57,005 nt of DNA, taken from IMG/VR virus record IMGVR_UViG_3300042452_000440. One strand, given 5' to 3'. Of this stretch, positions 10,501 through 18,846 are shown one piece after another (position 1 is the first letter of the stretch; the number at the start of each line of letters is the position of its first letter). The stretch comes from an uncultured virus (IMG/VR IMGVR_UViG_3300042452_000440) (taxonomy: Duplodnaviria > Heunggongvirae > Uroviricota > Caudoviricetes). Position numbers and translations under genes: made by a program. The notes beneath the pieces are model-generated. The model was not told where the DNA came from. It ran no database searches and saw nothing but the letters and a program-made list of their open reading frames with translations.

Positions 10501-11330
10501 GCAAAACGAACTCCGTTTGGAACCAGAGTTGATCCAATACCAACTGCATAGTTAAACATCCAGGCATCGGTTGTCCCAATACCATAAGAGTTTGCACCAA
10601 CCCACATTAACTGCTTGTAGGTTGCTGGTAAACTACTAAATCCAGTAAGAGCAAGATTAACTAATGGGGAACCTTCGGTAGAAGCGATTGCAATACCGCC
10701 GTGATTAGCAGTAATATCATTTGAGACATCATTCCCAAAAGCATCAGTCGTGATACCAAGAGTAATTTCTTTGTCAAAGATTCTTAAATCCTGAGCACTA
10801 ATAACTGTTGTGGTTCCACCAATACTCAGATTTCCTGCAACATAAAGATTGTTATGGAATACTGCCTGAGTATCATAAACATCAAAACCAGTCTGAACAT
10901 TCAGGTTTTGAATTGTTGCAATACCAGTTACATTTAGATTATCTAATGTAGTCCCATTGACAACATCAAGACCAGCATTTGCATCAATAGATCCATTGAA
11001 TGTAGAAATACCAGATGCTAAAAGATTTCGTGTGGTAATGTCTTCACCAATTGAAGCACCACCAGTAACATTTACACCACCAACATAAAGTTGATTCTGA
11101 ACATATAAACTATCTCTAAATGTTCCGACACCGACAAATGTAGATGCCCCACCTACATTGATATCACCAGCAATATTTGTTGACCCAACAACAAACAAAG
11201 AGTGGTTTTGTGCGTTTGTTGTTCCAATCCCAACCTTACCGATAGTCTGTAAGACTGTGCGATTCTCGGTAACTGAGGTAATACCAAGATTAAGATTCTG
11301 TTGTCTACCGCTCTTATATGGTTGGGACAT
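7521..11330 (-). CDS. Long tail fibre protein (1269 aa)
   Basis: VGIGTTN, VSGVSTF and YGDGSNLIGVNAF repeats; C-terminal YRSVEYMIQ...EYG domain. Confidence 0.8.
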   Translation of the reverse strand: MSQPYKSGRQQNLNLGITSVTENRTVLQTIGKVGIGTTNAQNHSLFVVGSTNIAGDINVGGASTFVGVGTFRDSLYVQNQLYVGGVNVTGGASIGEDITTRNLLASGISTFNGSIDANAGLDVVNGTTLDNLNVTGIATIQNLNVQTGFDVYDTQAVFHNNLYVAGNLSIGGTTTVISAQDLRIFDKEITLGITTDAFGNDVSNDITANHGGIAIASTEGSPLVNLALTGFSSLPATYKQLMWVGANSYGIGTTDAWMFNYAVGIGSTLVPNGVRFAVKGIQFTDDTISAPNLNLSNNLNVTGITTLASNGGITTTGGDLYVGGDLYVKDDIFFDEFNARNAVLTGNLNVSGVSTFAGITTVTGDTLFSKQLSVSGVSTFRSNVRLADNANLYLGDGNDLRIFHNSFDSFIQDVGTGNLFIDASNTYYRAGTHFIQNSSSSENLAVFTSNGSVALYYDNVKTFETSGIGATVYGTLNTTQLNATGIVTGSSFRPSTGYYQSANGTNAFYVYDGTGNVAFQGTIGVGQINSGQGYQAINLSSDTKPTVTFIDNGIFNGVVTARQFVGDINAGVATITNANITNLSGTNLNYTGIGTIDGVTISSGIVTSSQPGVTTVKYYGDGSNLIGVNAFNVVNQVLSASPVYPTFANNIGVTSIGIADTEMGFVPTSGNLGIGSTNPIAKLNVVGNAIFTGIITAQKFVGDIEATGPASIISATNLFVSGIGTIDGVTIASGIVTSSQPGVTTVKYYGDGSNLIGVNAFNVIQQDITSSPVFPTFANSTGVTSIGIAPTQIGYVPEFGNLGIGSTNPTAKLQVVGDTLISGVATARQFVGDVNAGIATINKLDVNQISPDGIDFGGAQYILRATGTGTWEWASIPGIFSVNNILNGFNVYDEGLVVGTSGSITTLDFRGNNIIASADPQPNGVATVRVSDTPTFLNLTVSPGISTLGHISATSASFTGNVSIAGTLTYEDVTNVDSIGVITARSDVSVGGGLYVVGVSTFNGGAIVGAGLSVVGVSTFKDGIVLNSYVSTGSTTGTTGQYLQSTGVGVTWATFPTLRTTGINTATSGQSSFSFSYNVNFLDVFVNGVKLTASEYVATNGTSVTLNSPAFANDIVEFVSYNTTSTGGGGGGGGSGATLLDDLSDVNLSLPPAAGENLTYDGSYWVNDYTVTASTSTTSQTAIHTLSASSYRSVEYMIQATQGSNYHVTKVLAIHNGTLAYPTEYGTIYTNGSLGSFDVDISGGNMRLLVTPTSSSSTSYKIKFTAIKV

Positions 11331-11338
11331 TTCTGATA

Positions 11339-11680
11339 TTAGTTAAGTGTTTCTAAGATGCTTCCAATAAATTTAACATTAGTGGCACTATCAGAACTAA
11401 TCTGGATAGAGTCACCTGTTTCAAGAATTAATTTACCAAATAAAAGATTTGTAGAATCATTTGCAGGTATTGGCAAATCTTTCACAATTTCAGTAGTCAC
11501 TGCAATACCAGCAACTGATCTCTTATGTGAGAATGAAACAGTATGGGTCTGACTACCAATGTTCGCCGCCTGCGCCAGTAGAATAATTCCACTATATCCT
11601 ACTGGTGCAGTATAAATTCCGACCGTATTGGTATTAACAACTCTTGTAACAGTCTGATATACGTTTAATGGTAATGGCAT
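11339..11680 (-). CDS. Small tail-fibre-associated protein
   Basis: YTAPVG...IPANDS...KLILETGDSI...SILET family signature. Confidence 0.65.
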   Translation of the reverse strand: MPLPLNVYQTVTRVVNTNTVGIYTAPVGYSGIILLAQAANIGSQTHTVSFSHKRSVAGIAVTTEIVKDLPIPANDSTNLLFGKLILETGDSIQISSDSATNVKFIGSILETLN

Positions 11681-11683
11681 TTT

Positions 11684-13555
11684 TTATTCTCCTCCTAGTG
11701 CTAGAATAAATGGAGTCATTGTGGCAAACAAACTCTTGGAATAGAATGTACCAGAAATAGTTCCTGTAACTTGGTTAATTTGGACACCATCACCGATTCG
11801 GAAGTTACCTGCCTGATCTGTGCTTGTATAAACAACGAGTCCTCCATTTCTAGCGTCTGTCTCATTTTCTTGAATCGGAACTCCACCTTGTGCAGGAAGA
11901 GCAGCGTTAATATTAGTTCCAGAACCAATGTATTCAAATGAATGACCAGAAGCAAGAACACGACTTTGCTTAAAGAATGGAACTGTTGTACCAACACCAA
12001 CAGCATAAGGAACGTTTTCATTCAATACAATGGTACAAATTCCAGCCGATATTGGTGTTGAACGAGTGATTGAATAATAAGTTGGAATTAGTTCTGCTGT
12101 CCCTGTTGCTATATTTATTCCCACATCTGGGGCGGAGAATGTGACTGTTGGAGTTGAAGTATATCCTCTACCATTGGATACCATCTCAACATTCGTTACT
12201 GAATTTCCAGTTAATTCTACAACTCCTGTTGCAGCAACTCCCCATTCATTTACAGTACTTGGATCAGCAATCGTAACTGTTGGTGGAGTGTTGTATCCAC
12301 TTCCAGGATTAGTAATATTAATTTCTTTGACTGTATAATATAAGTCTTCAAAATAAACAACCTGCCCATCAAATGGTCTTATTGTATTAATCTTAACTGT
12401 TCCACTTCCTTGATATGTGTGGGGAAGAGTTGATGCCCCAACATAAGCAGAAAAACTATTTGCGGCACCTACCGAATCCACACTAAAAACATATCCATAG
12501 TTGCCACTTGGATAAGTCACAATACCTGGACCAGAAGGGCAAGTAAATTGAAGTCCAGAAATTGTAACTCCCATCCCAACACTTAGGTTATGATTTGTGT
12601 TAGTCGTAACTGTCAAGATACCAGTTACATTATCATAGGATGCGGTTTGAATTCCAAGCGTTGGTACGTTCAGATCAAGAACAAATGTATCAGAATTTTC
12701 TGCGGAAGCAGTACTCACAATTCCAGTATATTGAAGTGCGCTTACACCATCAGCAACAAGAGCATAGTTACCAAATGAAGCGTTTGAGTTTGTTAAGTCA
12801 CAAGCACCACCAGATCCACAGTAAACGGCAATGTCATCACAGATTGTAAATAGTGAAACCAACTGTGCATATCCACTGTTGGTGATTGAAACTCCAATAC
12901 CACCCTGATTATATTGGGTGAAGGAGTCGGTCACCATTGACTTGGTTGGACCAATAACATTTTTGCCATCAATTTTCATTCCAATACTATTTGGAATGAA
13001 GTTAGTGCAGTTACGAATATAGGGTGACTGATCAGAATATCTAATAGTATCTGGGTCAAACGCAAAAACTGCCTTACCAGGATTCAGTGTTCCTGTATAA
13101 GACATTTCAGTCACGTAATTACCTGGTGCTACGTGAAATAGATCTTGATTCGCATTCTGAGGAACAATAGAAACCTCTCTTAAACTATCCCCAACAACAC
13201 TGACTTGGGGTCCAAGTTTAATTGGATTATCTTCTACGTAAGTTCCAGAAGCAACTTTAACAACTGCTCCTGGAATGGTTGATGCAATCGCTACTGCTGC
13301 CTTAATAGTGAGTTTTGCATCACCAAGTTTTAATCCAGTATTAGTATCCTTTCCGTCTTTTGTAACATAAAAGATATTAGTAACGCTTACACCCGAACCG
13401 ACTCTGACGACATCTGTTCCGATACCAGGACGAGATCTTATCGTAAAAAGATCTGCATCAAATGTGTTAAGAGCTAATTCGCCTAGTTGAAGATCTGTTA
13501 CGGCAGGAACCTTTCCTGGTACAGCAGATCGTTTAATTCTAAATGGAGTCGCCAT
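11684..13555 (-). CDS. Virion structural/tail protein with beta-helix-like region
   Basis: IKRSAVPGKVP...GELALN N-terminal fibre anchor; FYVTKDGKDTNTG...TIKAA..GTYVE; NPGSGY repeats. Confidence 0.75.
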   Translation of the reverse strand: MATPFRIKRSAVPGKVPAVTDLQLGELALNTFDADLFTIRSRPGIGTDVVRVGSGVSVTNIFYVTKDGKDTNTGLKLGDAKLTIKAAVAIASTIPGAVVKVASGTYVEDNPIKLGPQVSVVGDSLREVSIVPQNANQDLFHVAPGNYVTEMSYTGTLNPGKAVFAFDPDTIRYSDQSPYIRNCTNFIPNSIGMKIDGKNVIGPTKSMVTDSFTQYNQGGIGVSITNSGYAQLVSLFTICDDIAVYCGSGGACDLTNSNASFGNYALVADGVSALQYTGIVSTASAENSDTFVLDLNVPTLGIQTASYDNVTGILTVTTNTNHNLSVGMGVTISGLQFTCPSGPGIVTYPSGNYGYVFSVDSVGAANSFSAYVGASTLPHTYQGSGTVKINTIRPFDGQVVYFEDLYYTVKEINITNPGSGYNTPPTVTIADPSTVNEWGVAATGVVELTGNSVTNVEMVSNGRGYTSTPTVTFSAPDVGINIATGTAELIPTYYSITRSTPISAGICTIVLNENVPYAVGVGTTVPFFKQSRVLASGHSFEYIGSGTNINAALPAQGGVPIQENETDARNGGLVVYTSTDQAGNFRIGDGVQINQVTGTISGTFYSKSLFATMTPFILALGGE

Positions 13556-13614
13556 CTATTCGCATTCGGTATTTACCAGAAGAAGCAGTATATACTGCCT
13601 TTTCATATATTTAT

Positions 13615-13986
13615 TCAAGATGCGTTATTCCTTCTTGGACGATAAGCAAACAGGTTTGTCGGAGGATCTGGTTTCATCCATTCTTCTATTTTGTTAAATC
13701 TTTCTTCACTATAAAAATATTGCTGAACATACCACAACTTCCAATGCTCATGCCCCTTTGACTGGTTACAATCATGGCAGCAGCAAACTACGTTTTTTGT
13801 AACGTCTGCCCCACCTTTTGATTGGGGAACAATGTGATCAATTGTGAGTCTCTCCTCTGACCCACAATAAGCACATTGATGTCCCCATTCTTCTTTTATG
13901 TTTTGCCTCCACATTCGTTTCGCCTCCCCAGAACTTGTTACGTGTAAGTTAAACAAGTATTCTTTTGGAGAATGTAGAGGTCCCAT
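13615..13986 (-). CDS. HNH endonuclease
   Basis: CAYCG...LTIDHIVPQSKGG....NVVCCCHDCNQSKG. Confidence 0.9.
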   Translation of the reverse strand: MGPLHSPKEYLFNLHVTSSGEAKRMWRQNIKEEWGHQCAYCGSEERLTIDHIVPQSKGGADVTKNVVCCCHDCNQSKGHEHWKLWYVQQYFYSEERFNKIEEWMKPDPPTNLFAYRPRRNNAS

Positions 13987-14005
13987 AAGTTACTGCGACT
14001 TATGA

Positions 14006-14197
14006 TTATTTATTTTGCTTCTTCTTACAAACACTCCTTGCCCAAGCACGACTTAAACTATTCACATAAGAACAAGATTTTCCAGATTCCCCACAGTATG
14101 GACATTTCTCATCTGGGGGATCTTTAAGATAACCCTCAGGTGTGTACATCTTTTTCTTTTTAAGATTCTCAGTTTGTTTATGCTTTCTGTGATTCAT
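14006..14197 (-). CDS. Small hypothetical protein (Cys-rich)
   Basis: CPYC...C...C pattern; ATGA-coupled to upstream gene. Confidence 0.55.
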   Translation of the reverse strand: MNHRKHKQTENLKKKKMYTPEGYLKDPPDEKCPYCGESGKSCSYVNSLSRAWARSVCKKKQNK

Positions 14198-14499
14198 ACA
14201 ACCACAGGTTCTCCTTGACCTTGTGGAAGTTGAATTAGACCGACATCTTCTAGTTGTTCACGACGAGGAGCACAGCCATTTTCTTTTACATTTGAAGCAA
14301 CAACATTTGAAGTTGGAAGTGCTTTTGGAATCTCAATGTCTACAACAGGACCCATTAGAAACTTATTTCTTGTAATCGTTCTATTCTGTGGATCAAAAGC
14401 AACCATTGCCAGTGCATCAATTTCGTCACCACAATCAACAATCTTCCTTCCAGTCTTGGTCTCAATGACTGAAAAATATTCTTCGTTATACTTTTTCAT
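14194..14499 (-). CDS. Hypothetical protein
   Basis: ORF track 14194..14580; start trimmed to MKKYNEEY. Confidence 0.55.
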   Translation of the reverse strand: MKKYNEEYFSVIETKTGRKIVDCGDEIDALAMVAFDPQNRTITRNKFLMGPVVDIEIPKALPTSNVVASNVKENGCAPRREQLEDVGLIQLPQGQGEPVVV

Positions 14500-14608
14500 T
14501 TTCTGATTTCTTTTTTTCATTATAAGACGGTTCTGGTTTTCTGTAAAGACCTGGCCAAGTATCACGAATGATCTCTGCAAGTTTGTATGGAGTTTCAGAA
14601 GTAATCAT
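14486..14608 (-). CDS. Small hypothetical protein (40 aa)
   Basis: MITSETPYKLAEIIRDTWPGLYR..., the 3' part of ORF 14486..14773, downstream of the psbD terminator. Confidence 0.5.
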   Translation of the reverse strand: MITSETPYKLAEIIRDTWPGLYRKPEPSYNEKKKSENEKV

Positions 14609-14685
14609 AAATCTTGTGCAATAGACAATATAAACATAAGGATTCCGAACAGTTGGAATACAAGGAGGATGTAAAGAAAGTCCAT

Positions 14686-14711
14686 AAAAAAGGAGTTCTT
14701 GTGGAACTCCC
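14686..14711 (-). terminator. Rho-independent terminator after psbD
   Basis: GGAGTTC-CACAA-GAACTCC followed by T6 on minus strand. Confidence 0.8.
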
Positions 14712-14720
14712 TTATTTATT

Positions 14721-15782
14721 TTAGAGTGCGTTGCCCCTAGGGAGAACTTCCTCTGGAAATACAAATTGTTCATGAGGTTGATCTACTGGAGCCATCCAAG
14801 CACGAAGACCTTCATTCAGAAGAATGTTCTTTGTATAGAAGGTTTCAAACTCAGGATCCTCAGCGGCACGAATCTCCTGACTTACAAAGTCGTAAGCACG
14901 AAGATTAAGGGCAAGACCAATGATACCAATGCTGGAAGTCCAAAGACCCATGACAGGAACAAATAGCATGAAGAAATGCAACCAACGCTTGTTACTAAAA
15001 GCAATACCAAATATCTGTGACCAGAATCGGTTTGCAGTAACCATTGAATACGTTTCTTCTTCCTGTGTAGGTTCAAATGCTTTAAAAGTGTTCGCTTGTT
15101 CACTATCTTCAAATAGAGTGTTTTCTACTGTTGCACCGTGAATCGCACAGAGCAGTGCTCCTCCCAGTATACCAGCAACTCCCATCATATGAAAGGGGTT
15201 AAGAGTCCAGTTGTGGAAACCTTGTAGGAACAGCAGGAAGCGGAAGATAGCAGCAACTCCAAATGAAGGTGCAAAGAACCAACTGGATTGTCCCAGTGGA
15301 TACATTAGGAACACAGAAACGAATACTGCGATAGGACCAGAAAATGCGATTGCATTATAAGGACGGATGCCGACCAGACGAGCAATCTCAAACTGGCGAA
15401 GCATAAATCCAATCAAAGCGAAAGATCCATGGAGCGCCACAAAAGGCCAGAGTCCCCCAAGTTGGCACCACCTGACGAAATCTCCCTGAGACTCAGGACC
15501 CCAAAGTAGAAGAAGAGAATGACCCATAGCATCTGCAGGCGTCGAAACAGCTGCTGTGAGAAAATTAGCCCCTTCAAGGTAACTAGACGCCAACCCGTGA
15601 GTGTACCAGCTTGTAACAAACGTTGTACCAGTAAGCCAGCCACCAAGGGCCAAATAAGCAGTGGGAAAAAGAAGTAATCCAGACCAACCCACAAATACAA
15701 AGCGATCTCGTTTAAGCCAGTCATCCAAGACATCAAACCATCCTCGTTGGTTAATTGGTTGTGAAAGTGTTGAAGAAGTCAT
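14721..15782 (-). CDS. psbD: Photosystem II D2 protein
   Basis: [23 protein letters not shown]...[18 protein letters not shown]. Confidence 0.99.
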   Translation of the reverse strand: MTSSTLSQPINQRGWFDVLDDWLKRDRFVFVGWSGLLLFPTAYLALGGWLTGTTFVTSWYTHGLASSYLEGANFLTAAVSTPADAMGHSLLLLWGPESQGDFVRWCQLGGLWPFVALHGSFALIGFMLRQFEIARLVGIRPYNAIAFSGPIAVFVSVFLMYPLGQSSWFFAPSFGVAAIFRFLLFLQGFHNWTLNPFHMMGVAGILGGALLCAIHGATVENTLFEDSEQANTFKAFEPTQEEETYSMVTANRFWSQIFGIAFSNKRWLHFFMLFVPVMGLWTSSIGIIGLALNLRAYDFVSQEIRAAEDPEFETFYTKNILLNEGLRAWMAPVDQPHEQFVFPEEVLPRGNAL

Positions 15783-15802
15783 AACCTCCTATGTATTTCT
15801 CA

Positions 15803-15836
15803 TATTTAGTTTACAATACTTTACAATCGAAGTCAA
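15803..15836 (-). promoter_or_regulatory. psbD promoter: sigma70-type TTGACT-N17-TAAACT, overlapping late-like CTAAATA and an HLR1 (RpaB-type) direct repeat
   Basis: -35 at 15831-15836, -10 at 15808-15813; TTTACAAT-AC-TTTACAAT at 15810-15827 on + strand. Confidence 0.7.
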
Positions 15837-15845
15837 TGAGTGATT

Positions 15846-16634
15846 CTACTTAAAGAAATTATCAAGTGGCGCAAAAGAAGAAATTCTATTTTCTGCCATA
15901 TCAATATACTCTTGATGTATTTCAATTCCAAGATATTGACGTTTGAGATCTACACAAGAAATAGCAGTTGTTCCACTTCCCATGAAAGGATCCAAAACTA
16001 CATCACCAACATAAGAATAATACTTGATAATCTTATCACTTAGTTCTTTTGGATATGGTGCAAGATGTTTCGATGCAGTCTCTGGATTTATTTTCCACAC
16101 ATTTGATCGTTCATATTCTTCTTTAACTAAGGACTGTTCCAAAATATCTCCCTCATAAGATCTCACAACTTTATCAATCAAAAAGTTTGCTGGTTTCTGA
16201 AAGATAAAGATAGTTTCACTTACAATATTTGGTTTGTAAGCAACTGGTTTACGATGTTGATAGAAACCACCATTACGATTAATAGCAGCGCCTTCGGGTT
16301 TTACCCAAACAATATCATCAATGTACTTCCATCCCATATTCTCCATTAAAGAAAAGAAATGAAATGGAATAGCGAGTCTTTTACTCTCATGTGCTCTCGA
16401 TTCTCTTGCTTCAATAACAGGAGAAAGATTTACCGCACACATTCTTCCTGGTTTGGTAACTCTTAGAACCTCAACAAATACATTATCAAGAAATTGCAAA
16501 TACTCTTCATAAGTTGGCCAAATAGAATATTCACGAGCATTATAATAAGGAGGAGAAGTGCAGGTTAAATGCACACTCTCACTCTCAATATCTTTTAAAA
16601 CCTCAGAACAATCTCCTAGAAAAATTTTATTCAT
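15846..16634 (-). CDS. DNA methyltransferase, N4-C/N6-A beta class
   Basis: TSPPY catalytic motif precedes H.APYP and VLDPFMGSGTT SAM-binding motif. Confidence 0.92.
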   Translation of the reverse strand: MNKIFLGDCSEVLKDIESESVHLTCTSPPYYNAREYSIWPTYEEYLQFLDNVFVEVLRVTKPGRMCAVNLSPVIEARESRAHESKRLAIPFHFFSLMENMGWKYIDDIVWVKPEGAAINRNGGFYQHRKPVAYKPNIVSETIFIFQKPANFLIDKVVRSYEGDILEQSLVKEEYERSNVWKINPETASKHLAPYPKELSDKIIKYYSYVGDVVLDPFMGSGTTAISCVDLKRQYLGIEIHQEYIDMAENRISSFAPLDNFFK

Positions 16635-17062
16635 CCGATATTACGAGCAGAAGATTTATTAGAGTTGCAGTCACCATTTTCAATTGACTTTTTACCATGA
16701 CATAACTTACAAAAAGTCTTCACGTTACCTGGAATATTATTATAATGGTTTCCATCAAGATGGTCAAGGTCAAGAGAATTTTGAAATCCAATCCATCCGT
16801 CACGGGGAACTGGACACTTGAACCCAAGTTGACTATCAAAATTTTCACAAAAAGTTTTTTTGTGAATGGTTACACCAGGAATTGTTTTTCCTTTCTTACG
16901 AGCATTTGTGCATCGTGAACATTCTGATTTAAAGGACCAATATTTCCACTCACGAACTAAAACTTTTTTATCACACCCATCATTTACACAAATTGGATGT
17001 TGATTTCCCTCAGAAAGAAACTTTGCTTCCATTTGTTTAGAAAGTTCAGAGCGGGGTGCCAT
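16631..17062 (-). CDS. HNH endonuclease with Cys-rich N-terminal region
   Basis: LDLDHLDGNHYNNIPGNVKTFCKLCH; start trimmed to MAPRSELSK because the longer ORF crosses the psbA terminator. Confidence 0.8.
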   Translation of the reverse strand: MAPRSELSKQMEAKFLSEGNQHPICVNDGCDKKVLVREWKYWSFKSECSRCTNARKKGKTIPGVTIHKKTFCENFDSQLGFKCPVPRDGWIGFQNSLDLDHLDGNHYNNIPGNVKTFCKLCHGKKSIENGDCNSNKSSARNIG

Positions 17063-17084
17063 TTGATTTGTTTGAACTGAAGTT

Positions 17085-17140
17085 ATTATAATACAAAAAA
17101 AGACCCCTTGCGGGGTCCTTGTGACAGTTATTAAATTGTC
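17085..17140 (-). promoter_or_regulatory. Putative early promoter of the HNH-MTase cassette
   Basis: Imperfect inverted repeat GACAATT-TAAT-AACTGTCAC (17121-17140) plus TATAAT (17085-17090); related motifs at 38872 and 48739. Confidence 0.55.
17095..17118 (-). terminator. Rho-independent terminator after psbA
   Basis: GACCCC-GCAA-GGGGTC then T7. Confidence 0.9.
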
Positions 17141-17142
17141 TA

Positions 17143-18225
17143 TCAACCGATGGTTGGAGCAGTCAAGGCAATAGGTGTATTCTCAACAGCAGCCAAATCC
17201 AGAGGGAAGTTGTGTGCGTTCCTCTCGTGCATTACTTCCATCCCAAGACCAGCACGGTTCAGAACATCTGCCCAAGTATTGAGCACACGACCCTGAGAGT
17301 CAATGATGGACTGGTTGAAATTGAATCCGTTGAGGTTGAATGCCATCGTGGAAACACCAAGAGCGGTGAACCAGATGCCTACGACAGGCCAAGCAGCGAG
17401 GAAGAAGTGCAGCGAACGGGAGTTATTGAAGGAAGCATATTGGAAGATAAGGCGACCAAAATAACCGTGGGCAGCAACGATGTTATAAGTCTCTTCTTCT
17501 TGACCGAACTTGTAACCATAGTTCTGTGACTCTTGCTCAGTGGTTTCACGAACCAGTGAGGAAGTAACCAGAGAACCGTGCATAGCACTGAACAGAGAAC
17601 CACCGAAGACACCAGCAACTCCAAGCATATGGAAGGGGTGCATCAGGATGTTGTGCTCAGCCTGGAACACCAGCATGTAGTTGAAAGTACCAGAAATACC
17701 AAGAGGCATTGCATCAGAGAAAGAACCTTGACCGAAAGGATAGACCAGGAATACTGCGGATGCAGCAGCAACAGGTGCAGAGTATGCAACACAGATCCAA
17801 GGACGCATACCAAGACGGTAAGAAAGTTCCCACTCACGACCCATATAGGCGTAGATACCAATCAGGAAGTGGAACACAACCAGTTGGAAAGGTCCACCGT
17901 TGTAAAGCCACTCATCTAGGGAAGCAGCTTCCCAGATAGGATAAAAGTGCAGTCCAATAGCATTGGACGAAGGAATCACAGCACCAGAGATGATGTTGTT
18001 TCCGTACATGAGTGAACCAGCAACGGGTTCACGGATACCGTCGATGTCCACTGGGGGAGCACCGATAAATGCGATGATGAAACACGTTGTTGCGGCAAGC
18101 AAGCAAGGGATCATCAGGACTCCAAACCAACCGACATAAAGACGATTATCGGTTGAAGTAACCCAGTTGCAGAACTGTTCCCAAGTATTCGATTGTTGTT
18201 GACGTGAAGCAATTGAAGCAGTCAT
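17143..18225 (-). CDS. psbA: Photosystem II D1 protein, intron-less, Glu130 form
   Basis: [14 protein letters not shown]...[16 protein letters not shown]...[13 protein letters not shown]; continuous 360-aa ORF. Confidence 0.99.
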   Translation of the reverse strand: MTASIASRQQQSNTWEQFCNWVTSTDNRLYVGWFGVLMIPCLLAATTCFIIAFIGAPPVDIDGIREPVAGSLMYGNNIISGAVIPSSNAIGLHFYPIWEAASLDEWLYNGGPFQLVVFHFLIGIYAYMGREWELSYRLGMRPWICVAYSAPVAAASAVFLVYPFGQGSFSDAMPLGISGTFNYMLVFQAEHNILMHPFHMLGVAGVFGGSLFSAMHGSLVTSSLVRETTEQESQNYGYKFGQEEETYNIVAAHGYFGRLIFQYASFNNSRSLHFFLAAWPVVGIWFTALGVSTMAFNLNGFNFNQSIIDSQGRVLNTWADVLNRAGLGMEVMHERNAHNFPLDLAAVENTPIALTAPTIG

Positions 18226-18240
18226 TTTTTTAAAAGAGTA

Positions 18241-18343
18241 GTAAGACCATCAGGGAAATGGTGGTGATACTATTCCCCAGTCACCCTCAGACTGGGTATG
18301 AGAGACGTAATTTATACACCCATAGGTCTCGGTTAACGGGTGT
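18241..18343 (-). ncRNA. Structured psbA 5' leader, probably the PhotoRC-II RNA motif
   Basis: ACACCCG/TGGGTGT stem, GAGAC/GTCTC pairing, CCCAGTC-TGAGGGT-GACTGGG and ACCAT/ATGGT hairpins directly upstream of phage psbA; family name from recall, not a search. Confidence 0.65.
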
Positions 18344-18350
18344 TCGCAAT

Positions 18351-18421
18351 GTTAAGAATTGTTAGAGATCCGTAACATTTGTTTACCTATTTATCATAGC
18401 ACCGTCTGCTTCTGGTGTCAA
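18351..18421 (-). promoter_or_regulatory. psbA promoter TTGACA-N17-TATGAT, overlapping late-like GATAAATA, with downstream HLR1-like repeats
   Basis: -35 18416-18421, -10 18393-18398; GTTAAGAATTGTTAGAGA at 18351 on + strand. Confidence 0.7.
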
Positions 18422-18846
18422 GGGTTCATTCCAGTTTTTTTTAACTCTTTATTAAGTTGATTTAATTTTTCATCAATAAGTGATTTTTTTCTCTCTGGTT
18501 TTTTAAACAACTTTTTCACTAGATTTTTTCTTTTCGCATACTTCTTCTTTTCTATTTCAGCATTTTCATTTACAAAATCTTTTGATACTAGTTGTTTATA
18601 ACTCAACACACCTGCTGGACTCTTAAAAGTTTTTGGATCAGTAAGTTCAATATTCTTTTTAATTGATTTTTGAAGACGTTTAAACAGTTTTATATTCTCC
18701 GGAAAATGAGTGTCAATATATTCTTTTGATAATTCTAATCGATGGTTAAGTAATACATTTCTATCAAATTCAAATAGTTCCTCTATATCTTCTAATGTTA
18801 TATTTTCTAATGTAATTACTTTACCCCTATGAATTATTTTCTCCAT
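18418..18846 (-). CDS. Hypothetical Lys/Glu-rich protein
   Basis: 142-aa ORF coupled to the upstream gene; no recognisable motif. Confidence 0.6.
   Translation of the reverse strand: MEKIIHRGKVITLENITLEDIEELFEFDRNVLLNHRLELSKEYIDTHFPENIKLFKRLQKSIKKNIELTDPKTFKSPAGVLSYKQLVSKDFVNENAEIEKKKYAKRKNLVKKLFKKPERKKSLIDEKLNQLNKELKKTGMNP

Noticed and set aside
2738..11330. Diversity-generating retroelement acting on fibre repeats
   Set aside because: No reverse transcriptase in the window; all repeat copies are in-frame coding and I saw no adenine-restricted differences
14766..17939. Multiple short ORFs overlapping psbD and psbA
   Set aside because: Antisense or alternate-frame shadows of highly conserved genes
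17143..18225. Group I intron in psbA
   Set aside because: The 360-aa ORF is continuous and full length
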